From the NCBI GenBank assembly GCA_963717145.1, contig OY970325.1, positions 3,104,001 to 3,168,000 on the forward strand: 64,000 nucleotides of DNA. Direction: 5' to 3'. Source of the stretch: an uncultured Armatimonadetes bacterium. Lineage in GTDB: Bacteria; Armatimonadota; UBA5829; DTJY01. This document shows, one piece after another, positions 45,501-53,661 of the stretch (position 1 is the stretch's first letter; every line of letters begins with the position of its first letter). Position numbers and translations under genes: made by a program. Below the pieces are notes generated by a model, which saw only the letters and a list, made by a program, of their open reading frames with translations, was not told where the DNA came from and made no database searches.

Positions 45501-45767
45501 GGTTCCTAGTGGCAGGTCGACCTGCCAGAGTCCGTTCGCACCGGTGCGGGCGGTCTGCTGCCAGGGTCCGACGGGGTTGCGGCCCGACACTTTGACCTCA
45601 GCGCCCAGGACGGGGTTCGCTCCATCGTCGGTCGAGACGGTACCTATGAGATGGCCGATCAGATCGCCGGCCACAGCGATGTCGAGCGTTTTCACGGCGC
45701 TCCCTTCCTCGGCGAAACAGAGGCTGCCGATCAGCAGCGTCAGAACGAATGCCGACACTATCTTCAT
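42552..45767 (-). CDS. Glycoside hydrolase family 2 (beta-galactosidase-like)
   Basis: SLDGKWDF, GIWRP, WNCESPRLY, NAIRTSHFP, DEMGLYVEDE, RDRNHPCVSIWSLCNES. Confidence 0.9.
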   Translation of the reverse strand: MKIVSAFVLTLLIGSLCFAEEGSAVKTLDIAVAGDLIGHLIGTVSTDDGANPVLGAEVKVSGRNPVGPWQQTARTGANGLWQVDLPLGTAGSLDIEADSPAGSGRARVEADEISKRLTPCPKAGSRRISLDGKWDFAVDPPEGFPSDQSGVDWHAIETPSHWEMKGFIAESGRAAYRRKVTIPADWAGKRIKLRAHGIYSQAEIWMNGQKVGGHVGATGFELDLTDAARPGKENEFEILVHDHSFANDLDRMSFYAYWNLAGIWRPIEIFCVEPAHISRLALSTDFDEHYRDADLMVDVDVSNEQSREIKDAEVRLTVIDPRGKQVPLSGLDAKVTLGPWEMRRVTLKARVTSPEQWNCESPRLYRITAEVIVPGQASAQIEQRFGFKEVEIRGRTYLVNGQPVKFWGTNRLDAHPLMGRAVTEDVVRQDLELIKGCNLNAIRTSHFPTHPSVPDLADEMGLYVEDEAPFIWVDTGMFGPEKTYANDLRYAPFFISVTSELIERDRNHPCVSIWSLCNESGFGRNFAINWDWVKRSDPTRPCSAGQSGNLEIATYHNPTSMQRMKDTADLNMPVLYDEGMANFHGWGLYAGLELDPGLRDYWVTAHPEPRDAIYHSDHHLGVMIWAWIDDQALVPGAAMRYWRAGHPRMTFADRIYKMPGRGIVGDYVWGTIDGWRRPRPEWWLTKKLFSPVQIAESPLAIPMPGKSVQVQVENRYAFTNLRDVACKWRMGKQSGEVHADVPQGTSGELSIPVRQPGPDDILTLEFLSADKQMIDACNLTFRDRDIPKPEWSGRPARVIEEPVKYLSGASLVRLVGSGCEIAFDRNTGGLMKATAGGEVILVSGPALHVMDNASPSGVSPAGWRFTGVETNPDGVEWKGDYGNDFRGGFQVAMDDSGDVAIGYDFAYSGPERASREVGLEFELPLSSDKLEWDRRAEWSYYPSDHIGRPTGTAVAHPDVEQDVPPGDRPYGLDGHPLGCNDFRSTKRNIYTARLTNATGAGIEVVSDGTQHVRATVGVDSVSLKVLDYYGGSATGIPEYDGAYGIGRILKPGDTLKGEIRLRLIPPSQSVP

Positions 45768-45792
45768 CAATCTGTCTTCCTTGATTACAGCC

Positions 45793-45876
45793 TGTAGCCT
45801 AGCCCCTTGTGGGCGTTCGACGGGGACAAGCCCCTAGGCTACGGCTGTGCGAACGCCCACAAGGGGCTAGGCTACA
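45793..45876. repeat. GTAG-type REP triplet (GTAGCCTAGCCCCTTGTGGGCGTTCG) supplying the cyclase stop
   Basis: Forward unit, degenerate middle unit and inverted unit. Confidence 0.8.
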
Positions 45877-46525
45877 GGCTGTCGATGAGCACCGCCCTGG
45901 CCGGGGATGCGCAGGCTCCCCGGATCGGCAGCGGGAGCACGATCAGCGTGCCGGTGCGTTTCTCGAACTGCTCCAGATTCATCAGTGGCGCGAGGAGGAG
46001 CACATCCTGCCTGAAGAAGCGCTCGAAGAATCCCTGCGGATCATCGAGGCTGTCCCATCGAGGGAGGTCAGCCCCGACCAGCGCAGGCCTCAGCGAGAGA
46101 ATGTGGTCCATCGCCGCCGCAGAGAAATGCGGGGAATCGACGAGGAAGCGCGAATCCTCCCAGTTGCGTCCCCATTCGGTACACACGAGCACCGCCAACC
46201 CCTCTGGTATATCCGCAGTCAGGGGCAGGAGTTCCTCCACGCCGATGATCTCTCTCGGAGCTTTGGGCTTGAGGCGCAGGATGTGGGCGTCGAGAAACAG
46301 CTCGTCCGGGCGCAACTGATCGACCGTGCGCATCTCCGGAAACATGTGGGCGCCCGTCTCAAGATAAGTGCCGGTCTGGACGTTCATCGAAACATTCTGA
46401 GAGTAAGTCGGGTACGACACCCAATCCACGGGCGGGACCTGCTCCATGCTGAAAGGCTCATATGGTGGGCCGTAGGTCCACATGCCCTCGTAGATCGGCC
46501 CGGTGATGTCGAGTATTCGCGGCAT
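45872..46525 (-). CDS. Cyclase/kynurenine formamidase-family protein
   Basis: LDITGPIYEGM, QTGTYLETGAH, LPLPIRGACASPARAV. Confidence 0.8.
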   Translation of the reverse strand: MPRILDITGPIYEGMWTYGPPYEPFSMEQVPPVDWVSYPTYSQNVSMNVQTGTYLETGAHMFPEMRTVDQLRPDELFLDAHILRLKPKAPREIIGVEELLPLTADIPEGLAVLVCTEWGRNWEDSRFLVDSPHFSAAAMDHILSLRPALVGADLPRWDSLDDPQGFFERFFRQDVLLLAPLMNLEQFEKRTGTLIVLPLPIRGACASPARAVLIDSL

Positions 46526-46978
46526 GGTTGATCCCCCATCCCGGTATTCCGCAACAACTTCCACCGTTCCTGCCGACTGCGCTATGGTAGGACTACGGGC
46601 GGTAGCTAGATTGGTAAGAAAGAAAGCAATAATTTTTTCAGAAAGCCGTAGCTACTTGGACATATCTGTGGTATAATGGGGACGCAAGAAGGCCCTTGCT
46701 GTCCCACTTCAACTACAAACCGGCTTCCATGAAGGTCCCCGGCTGCGCGCACTCGAGTACAGGATGTGATCATCTCCTGTGCGAGCAAAGTCCGCCGAAG
46801 AGCGGACTAACTCTGCTCCATAACGGAGCATTTAGAGGCGTAAGCATGAAGCATGTCAAGGCAACAGGCCGCGTAAGTGCGGCCGAAACCTCCCTACCCG
46901 TCTCACCATGTGTTACCCGGCTACAGATGTACCTATCCCAAAAGGGCCATAAGGACAACTCCGTCTGGGTGATCGAGC

Positions 46979-48727
46979 ATGCCTGAGTACCCGAAAACGA
47001 CAACTTCAACACTCGATCTGTCGAAGCGCAGACCGTTGGCGCAACCCAAGGCCACGCCTGAGGAACTGCTCGAACGCGCAAACGCGCTTCTCCATGCGTC
47101 CGAGAGAATCCTGCAGGCCGGACGTGCCGAGGAGTTGCTGCAGATCACCGTGGATGCGGCGCGACATATCACCGGGGCGCGGCTCGCAGCGGCGGACTAT
47201 GCGTGTTCCGACGGTGAATCTGCGATCGGGGCCAGCTCCGTAGATCCGACTCTCGGGACATTCCCGATGCTCGCCAGAACTCGCGGGCGGCTGCTCTTCG
47301 AGATCGCAAGGGCCGGCAAGTCAATCAGACTAACGGATGAACAGGTTCAGGCCGACGACACATGGAACCGTCTTCCGGCAGGCCATGTGCCGCTGCGCGG
47401 GCTTCTGATCATGCCGATCCCAGGACAGGGCCACATCCTGGTCTCCGACAAACCCGACGGCGGGGAGTTCACGCGTGATGACGAGGCCATCCTGGCGCGG
47501 CTTGCGGCAATCACATCGGGCGCCCTGCGGCTTCTCGAGGCAAGACACGAGGCCGAGCGGAGGGCCAAGCAGGCAGAAGACGGCCAGCGGACTCTCGACG
47601 CACTGATGGATTTCATCCCTGAGGGAATCGCAATCACCGACGGCGCTAACGTCACGATCCACAGGGTCAGCCGGCATGGACAGGAACTCGGCGGTCAGCA
47701 TCACGAAGCCGTCGAAGGCATCCCTGTGGAGGATCACTTTGCGAACTGGGGCATCCTTGGCCCCGACGGGAATACTCTTGCGAACTCGGACCTTCCGCTG
47801 AGTCGCGCCGCCCGAAACGGCGAGATCACCGTCAACCAGGAATGGGTCATCGAGAGGCCGGACGGGACCAAGATCACTACGCTCTGCAGCGCCGCCCCGA
47901 TACGCGACGAGAGCGGCGAGGTCGTCGGCGGAGTGATGGCATGGCGGGACATCACCGACATCAGGACGTCGCGGACCGAACTGGAGAAGGCCTATGAGCG
48001 CGAGCGGCATTCGTCGGAGGTCCTCCAGCGGGCCCTCGCCCCTCGGAAACTCTCCGTCGGCCCGGGTTACCGTACCGCCAGCAGATACCTTCCCGCTCAT
48101 TCGGGACATGAGATCGGCGGGGACTTCTACGACGTTTTCACTACCGATGGCGGCAAGGTAGCCGTCCTCATCGGGGATGTCGCGGGCAAGGGACTCGACG
48201 CAGCCGGACTCGCGGCCGCCACTCGCAGCACGGTGCGCGCATTCGCGTTCAAATCATCATCCGCAGGCGAGGCCCTCACTCACGCGAATTGCGTTCTGTA
48301 TCCCCAGCAGCCCTGGGGCTCGTTCGTGACCGTGTCACTGGCAATCATCGACCCACCCACCGGCCAGATCACCTACGCCAGCGCCGGACACCCGCCGGCG
48401 GCGGTTCGACGTGAGAACGGAGACATCGAGTTCTTCGAGATCGGCTGTCCACCGTTCGGCCTGGCGGAGGACATGGAGTTCGAGGAGCACGGATTCGATC
48501 TCTTCCCTCGCGACAAGATCGTCTTCTACACGGATGGGGTCTCCGAGGCGCGGCACGACGCAACTCTATTCGGAACCGAGGGGGTCGAGCGGATACTTCG
48601 GAATCACGGCGATTGTGCACCCGATGACTTCCTGAACAAGCTGCTCGGGGCCGCCGGCAAGTGGGCTCAGGGGCAGCTCAAGGATGACGCCGCCGTCATA
48701 GTGATCGAGCGCGCAGCCAACGATTGA
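46979..48727 (+). CDS. GAF-PAS-SpoIIE (PP2C) phosphatase
   Basis: LPAGHVPLRG GAF; PAS/PAC; IGGDFYDV, IGDVAGKG, ASAGHPP, YTDGVSEA, DDAA. Confidence 0.9.
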   Translation: MPEYPKTTTSTLDLSKRRPLAQPKATPEELLERANALLHASERILQAGRAEELLQITVDAARHITGARLAAADYACSDGESAIGASSVDPTLGTFPMLARTRGRLLFEIARAGKSIRLTDEQVQADDTWNRLPAGHVPLRGLLIMPIPGQGHILVSDKPDGGEFTRDDEAILARLAAITSGALRLLEARHEAERRAKQAEDGQRTLDALMDFIPEGIAITDGANVTIHRVSRHGQELGGQHHEAVEGIPVEDHFANWGILGPDGNTLANSDLPLSRAARNGEITVNQEWVIERPDGTKITTLCSAAPIRDESGEVVGGVMAWRDITDIRTSRTELEKAYERERHSSEVLQRALAPRKLSVGPGYRTASRYLPAHSGHEIGGDFYDVFTTDGGKVAVLIGDVAGKGLDAAGLAAATRSTVRAFAFKSSSAGEALTHANCVLYPQQPWGSFVTVSLAIIDPPTGQITYASAGHPPAAVRRENGDIEFFEIGCPPFGLAEDMEFEEHGFDLFPRDKIVFYTDGVSEARHDATLFGTEGVERILRNHGDCAPDDFLNKLLGAAGKWAQGQLKDDAAVIVIERAAND

Positions 48728-48736
48728 CTGACGTGA

Positions 48737-48778
48737 GACTCTAGACTTTAGGCTTTGGACTTTCGACCTTCGACTCCC
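48737..48778. repeat. Heptamer tandem array (GACTTTN)x6, single arm
   Basis: GACTCTA GACTTTA GGCTTTG GACTTTC GACCTTC GACTCCC, followed by TGaTATAAT (48784-48792). Confidence 0.7.
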
Positions 48779-48801
48779 CTCCGTGATATAATCTCCCCGC
48801 A

Positions 48802-49389
48802 ATGATCTACGCCGATTGCCCGCCACTGCCCAGGGAGTTCTACCTCCGGGACACCATCGAAGTCGCGAGATCGATCCTCGGCAAGGTGATCGTCCACCGC
48901 ACGCCTGAGACTCTGATCGCCGGGCGGATCGTCGAGGCCGAGGCATACACGAGCAATGACCCGTCATGCCACGCGTGCCGTGGGATGACGAAACGAAATG
49001 CCCAGATGTTCGGTGAGCCGGGGCATGCGTACATCTACTTCACTTACGGAATGTACTACTGCCTGAACGCCGTGACAGCGCCGGAGGGGGTCGCCGAGGC
49101 GGTGCTCATCCGGGCGGCCGAGCCGCTCCAGGGCATCGACCTGATGGTGAGGAATCGGGGCACGGACGTGTTGACCAATCTCGCGAGCGGACCGGGGAAG
49201 CTCTGCATGGCGTTCGGGCTCGAAAAGAGCCAGAACGGGCTCGACCTCACCGGCAGCGACCTCATGATCGTCGACGACGGCTTCGTCCCCAGCGAGATCG
49301 TGACTGCCACGCGCATCGGAATCCGCCTCGCCACCGACTACCCCTGGCGGTTCTACGTCAAGGGCAACCCACACGTGTCACGGCGGTAA
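48802..49389 (+). CDS. mpg: DNA-3-methyladenine glycosylase (MPG)
   Basis: GRIVEAEAY, HAYIYFTYGMYYCLN, AVLIRAAEP, SGPGKLC, RIGI...PWRFY. Confidence 0.93.
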   Translation: MIYADCPPLPREFYLRDTIEVARSILGKVIVHRTPETLIAGRIVEAEAYTSNDPSCHACRGMTKRNAQMFGEPGHAYIYFTYGMYYCLNAVTAPEGVAEAVLIRAAEPLQGIDLMVRNRGTDVLTNLASGPGKLCMAFGLEKSQNGLDLTGSDLMIVDDGFVPSEIVTATRIGIRLATDYPWRFYVKGNPHVSRR

Positions 49390-49529
49390 ATTCGAAATTC
49401 GAAGCTCGAAATTCGAAACAAATCCGAATGACTGAAATCAGAAAAGGCAAACAAACCGCTGCGGATGGGTCGTTTGCCTTTTGCTTGTTTGCATTTTGTT
49501 TCGAATTTCGAGCTTCGAATTTCGAATTT
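49388..49529. repeat. Empty (TCGAAAT)n element with perfect 35-bp terminal inverted repeats
   Basis: AAATTCGAAATTCGAAGCTCGAAATTCGAAACAAA (49388-49422) and its exact reverse complement (49495-49529); overlaps the mpg TAA. Confidence 0.9.
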
Positions 49530-49534
49530 TGCCC

Positions 49535-50716
49535 TCAGGCTATCTCTTCGTCGGTGAGGTAACACGCCGGGTCGGGCGCCCAGATGTCGCTGTGGACCGC
49601 CTCCGCTCGGACGCGGAAGTTTCCGTTGCAGATATCGAGCCACTTGCACGAGGCGCATCGCCCGGTCAGCAGCTTTTTGCGGTCTTTGAGACCGGCCATC
49701 AGCGGGTCGGAGGTGTCCGTCCAGATCTCGCTGAACGGACGCTCCCGGACATTCCCGAACGAGTGATGCCACCAGAACTGATCGGCGTGGACGTTGCCCT
49801 CGTTGTCGATGTCCGCGATGCCGATCCCGGAGCTGTTCCCGCCGTTCCATTCGAGGAGCTGGAGCACCTCGTCCACGCGGGGACTGCCCTCTCGGAGCAT
49901 GCGCATGTAGAGGTACGGCCCGTCGCAGTGGTTATCGACGGTGAGGATATCGACATCGAGCCCGCGCCGCATCATGTCCGCCGTGCGATCGATGATCAGG
50001 TCAACGGCCTTCCGCGATTCCTCGTGCGTAAGGTCATCCGCCTGCATCGCGCTTCCACGACCGGTGTAGACGAGGTGGTAGAAGCACGCGCGGTTGATCT
50101 TGTGCTCCTCGATGAAGTCGAAGATGCGCGTCGAGCTGCTCGTAGTTGTGGCGCGTGAGAGTCAGCCGTAGACCGACCTTCTGCCCGACGGCGACGCAGT
50201 TGTCGAAGCCGCGCATCGCCGCCTCGAACGCGCCTTCCTTTCCGCGGAAGAAGTCGTTCGACTCGCCGATCCCGTCCAGGCTGAAATGCCGACGTAGCCG
50301 AAATCGGTCTCCTTGATGCGCTCGGCGACCTTCTCCGTGATGAGCGTGCCGTTCGTCGAGATCACGGGCCGGATGCCGAGTTCCTTGCAGAGCGCGGCGT
50401 TCTCGTACATGTCCTCTCGGATCAACGGCTCGCCGCCGGAGAAGAGGAACACCGGCGCGCCGAACTCGCCGAGGTCGCGGATGATCGTCTGGATCTCCTC
50501 GGTTGACATCTCGTTCGGATACGCCTTGTTGTCGGAGTCGGCGTAGCAGTGGATGCATTTGAGGTTGCACCGGCGCGTCCCGTTCCAGACCACGATCGGC
50601 TTCTTGTCGGCCGAGTACTGGAGCAGGTGCGCGGGCATCCCCTCGCTCTTGCGTCCATATCGAAGCGGGTCACCGGTCGTCGCCGTCCCGCAGTATAGTT
50701 TTGTTATTCCAATCAT
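49535..50716 (-). CDS. ahbC: AhbC/NirJ1-like radical SAM/SPASM protein (alternative heme pathway), two frameshifts (~50285, ~50128)
   Basis: MIGITKLYCG...LRYGR, CNLKCIHC, SGGEP, YVGIS-LDG, RACFYHLVYTGRG, TVDNHCDG, CNGNFRVRAEA..DPACYL. Confidence 0.8.
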
Positions 50717-50729
50717 TGTTTTCCCTTCT

Positions 50730-51161
50730 TCACCGGGCCAGGCACGGAGGAATCCATACGCCTCTTCCTCTAAGGGTCAGCCGCGTTCGAACTCCAACGT
50801 CAACCGCCTGACTCAAGAACTGCCGATCGCGAAACGCACGAAGCAGATTCTTTGAGTCCATCCTAAGAACGAGACTCCGAACAACCCACTTTGGATCTGG
50901 AGCAAGCGTGAGCAGTTGTATGGCATCTCTGGCCTCATCAGAGGTCAGGTTGCGCAAGCCAGGGCATGTCCTGAATTCTGCAAAGGCATCGTCCAGAGCA
51001 GCTTCCTTCGAACCGATCTGTGCGTAGACTCCATCATAAACTTGCTCGAACCGGCGCAGGTGCACCGCAGTGGAAAATCCTCTGTGCATCCGCATCAGCA
51101 TGTAGCCGACAAACAGCACTATGAATACTCCGACGATGCCTATCACGATCCAGATCGTCAC
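50730..51161 (-). CDS. Hypothetical membrane-anchored protein
   Basis: N-terminal TM MTIWIVIGIVGVFIVLFVGYML; GGAG RBS. Confidence 0.55.
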   Translation of the reverse strand: MTIWIVIGIVGVFIVLFVGYMLMRMHRGFSTAVHLRRFEQVYDGVYAQIGSKEAALDDAFAEFRTCPGLRNLTSDEARDAIQLLTLAPDPKWVVRSLVLRMDSKNLLRAFRDRQFLSQAVDVGVRTRLTLRGRGVWIPPCLAR

Positions 51162-51233
51162 GGCTGACTCCAGTTGACCGCACGATCAGCAGGCTAGCCT
51201 ACCGTCGCACGTTCCGTTGTCTGTACGGTACTC

Positions 51234-52145
51234 CTATTGCGAGGCTTTGATCTCAGGTCTGGAGGTTCGAACAAAGGCTTTCCAGTCCTGACTGTTCTCT
51301 GCTCGCTCGACTACCTCGAGAACATAATCCAGGTCTTGTCCCACGAGCCGCCAATACTCATCCGGGTGGGACAGCAGGTCCTTGCGGTACAACTCGCTGC
51401 ACGTCGCAGCTTTGGAAGCGAGGCCCTGATCTGCGACCCCAGGTTTCGGTGGTTTGAGTAAGATATTGGAGACAACCCGAAGGTAAAGAAGAAGCACGAA
51501 TCGGAGCACGTTTATGCCAACTGACAAGACGGTTTCATCATAGGCAAAACCGAACCCCAATGGTTCCTTTTGCCCTTCCTTACCTATCTCTACCACTTGC
51601 CGAAGCACCGTTATCTCGTAGCAATGAGCCATGGATGATAGAACTGCGTACTCAGTCCACCCCAGTCGGAGTTGATCCCTGACAAGATTGGTTAGCTGGA
51701 ACTGCCGAACACCTTTTCCCTTTGGCCCGAAACTCCAGTAGGTGTCGTCCGGGTACAACGACACATGTACTATCCGAAAGAAGGCTTCGTAAGCTATTCG
51801 CATCAGCGCGAAAGCATCTTCATAGTAGCCCCTCACTAGTCTATCGAATGCTGAATAGATTGGTTTGATATTCTCTACGGTGAAGACGAACTGCACCAGT
51901 CTGTGTCCTGGCCATTCCTTCCTATCTGCCCCGAAGTTAACGTAGCCTGCAATATCCACCAGCACCTTATAGGTGCACTCAAACTGATTCACGAATCGAC
52001 CACGTTTGTCCAGAACCAGTGCCAAGTGCTCCTCTTCGCGCTCTCTGATCCAATCGGTGACGTCGCGGCCTGGGTTCTCTTGGCAGAAGGCGTCGAACTC
52101 TCGAGTCAGAGCCTCAATATCGATGCCTGATCCCATGTCAGTCAT
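51234..52145 (-). CDS. Hypothetical protein, DUF5677/HEPN-like motifs, AT-richer than neighbours
   Basis: GYYEDAFALMRIAYE and YAVLSSMAH motifs; start overlaps the cobA stop region. Confidence 0.6.
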   Translation of the reverse strand: MTDMGSGIDIEALTREFDAFCQENPGRDVTDWIREREEEHLALVLDKRGRFVNQFECTYKVLVDIAGYVNFGADRKEWPGHRLVQFVFTVENIKPIYSAFDRLVRGYYEDAFALMRIAYEAFFRIVHVSLYPDDTYWSFGPKGKGVRQFQLTNLVRDQLRLGWTEYAVLSSMAHCYEITVLRQVVEIGKEGQKEPLGFGFAYDETVLSVGINVLRFVLLLYLRVVSNILLKPPKPGVADQGLASKAATCSELYRKDLLSHPDEYWRLVGQDLDYVLEVVERAENSQDWKAFVRTSRPEIKASQ

Positions 52146-53649
52146 GGGCGAGCGCTCCTCCCAAGCGTTCCTGCAACGCTCTCACCAACCCCTCGATCGT
52201 GTAGTCCTCCGCGACGATGTCCGGCTTGAGGCCGTGCTCCTCGGCGGTCTGGGCCGTGATCGGGCCTATACAGGCGATCGTGACGCCCTCGAGGACCGAC
52301 TCCCGGCCGACGAGCTGCACGAAATTCTTCACCGTCGAGGAGCTTGTGAACGTGATGATATCGATCTCGCCCTTCTGAAGCATCTCTTTGATCGGCGGCG
52401 CGCAGGACTCCTCGATCACCGTTTGATAAGACGTCACGACATCGACCTGCGCTCCCTTTTCCCGGAGCTTCTCCGGCAGGACTTCGCGCGCGTCTTTCGC
52501 CCCCGGAATCAGGATGCGCTTCCCGGCAGGGTCACTGAACTCCTCGGCGACCGATTCCGCGACAAACTTCGACGGGGTGAAATCGACCCTCACTCCCAGA
52601 CTCGCGATCGACTCAGCCGTTGCCGGACCGATCGCGCCGATCTTCGGTCCCTTGAGCGACCGCACGTCGCGCCCAAGCTGGTGCAGGCGGTCGACCGCAG
52701 CACGAACGGCGTTCGCGCTCGTGAAGAGCACCCAATCGTATGTCTCTATACGCTCCAAGGCGGCATCGAGTTCGTCAAAACTCTCCGGCGGCGAGATGCG
52801 GATGACCGGGAACTCGATCGGTTCCGCACCCTGCTCCCGGAGGAGTTCGGACAGCTCGCTCGCCTGGTCGCGGCTCCTCGTGACGAGCACCTTCTTCCCG
52901 AACAGCGGCCGGTTGTCGAACCAGCGCAGCTTCTCCCGCAGATTGACGACCTCGCCGACGACGGTGACCGCCGGCGACTTGAACCCGGTGGATTGCACCT
53001 TCTCCACAATGTCAGTGAGCGTCCCGACGAGCGTCTCCTGCTCGGTCCGCGTGCCCCATCGGACTAGCGCAACCGGGGTCGATGGATCGCGTCCGTTCGC
53101 CGTCAACTGCGAAACGATGTTCGGCAGGTTCTCCACGCCCATGAGGAAAACGAGGGTATCGAGCCCGAGGGAGATCTTATCCCACTTGATGCGCGACTCC
53201 TCGCCTTTCTCGTGGCCGGTGATGATCCCGAGCGCCGAGCAGCAGTCCCGATGCGTGACCGGGATGCCCGCGTATGCCGGGGCCGCGATCGCCGAGGTGA
53301 CTCCCGGCACTTCCTCCCACTCGATGCCCTGCTCGACGAGGGTCTCCGCCTCCTCGCCGCCGCGCCCGAAGACAAACGGGTCGCCACCCTTCAGGCGCGT
53401 GACGGTCTTGCCCTCCTTCGCCTTGTCCACGAGCAGTTGGTTGATGTCCCCCTGCTTCATGGTATGCGCGCTCGACGCCTTGCCGACGTAGATCAACTCG
53501 GCATCATTCCGTGCGCAGGCCAGAATCGAGGGATGCACCAGGCGATCGTATACGATCACATCCGCCTTGCGGATGCACTCCATTCCCTTCACCGTCAACA
53601 GACCCGGATCACCGGGTCCTGCACCAACTAGATAGACTCTGCCGTTCAT
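52138..53649 (-). CDS. cobA: Uroporphyrinogen-III C-methyltransferase / uroporphyrinogen-III synthase fusion (CobA-HemD)
   Basis: VYLVGAGPGDPGLLT, RLKGGDPFVFGRGGEE, VLVTR, FTSANAV, FTSSSTV, CIGPITA. Confidence 0.95.
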   Translation of the reverse strand: MNGRVYLVGAGPGDPGLLTVKGMECIRKADVIVYDRLVHPSILACARNDAELIYVGKASSAHTMKQGDINQLLVDKAKEGKTVTRLKGGDPFVFGRGGEEAETLVEQGIEWEEVPGVTSAIAAPAYAGIPVTHRDCCSALGIITGHEKGEESRIKWDKISLGLDTLVFLMGVENLPNIVSQLTANGRDPSTPVALVRWGTRTEQETLVGTLTDIVEKVQSTGFKSPAVTVVGEVVNLREKLRWFDNRPLFGKKVLVTRSRDQASELSELLREQGAEPIEFPVIRISPPESFDELDAALERIETYDWVLFTSANAVRAAVDRLHQLGRDVRSLKGPKIGAIGPATAESIASLGVRVDFTPSKFVAESVAEEFSDPAGKRILIPGAKDAREVLPEKLREKGAQVDVVTSYQTVIEESCAPPIKEMLQKGEIDIITFTSSSTVKNFVQLVGRESVLEGVTIACIGPITAQTAEEHGLKPDIVAEDYTIEGLVRALQERLGGALAHD

Positions 53650-53661
53650 ATTCACACTCGC

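Noticed and set aside
46678-46710. c-di-GMP-I riboswitch suggested by GGGACGCAA
   Set aside because: The upstream GGCAAA..GAAA P2 hairpin and downstream tetraloop-receptor elements are missing.
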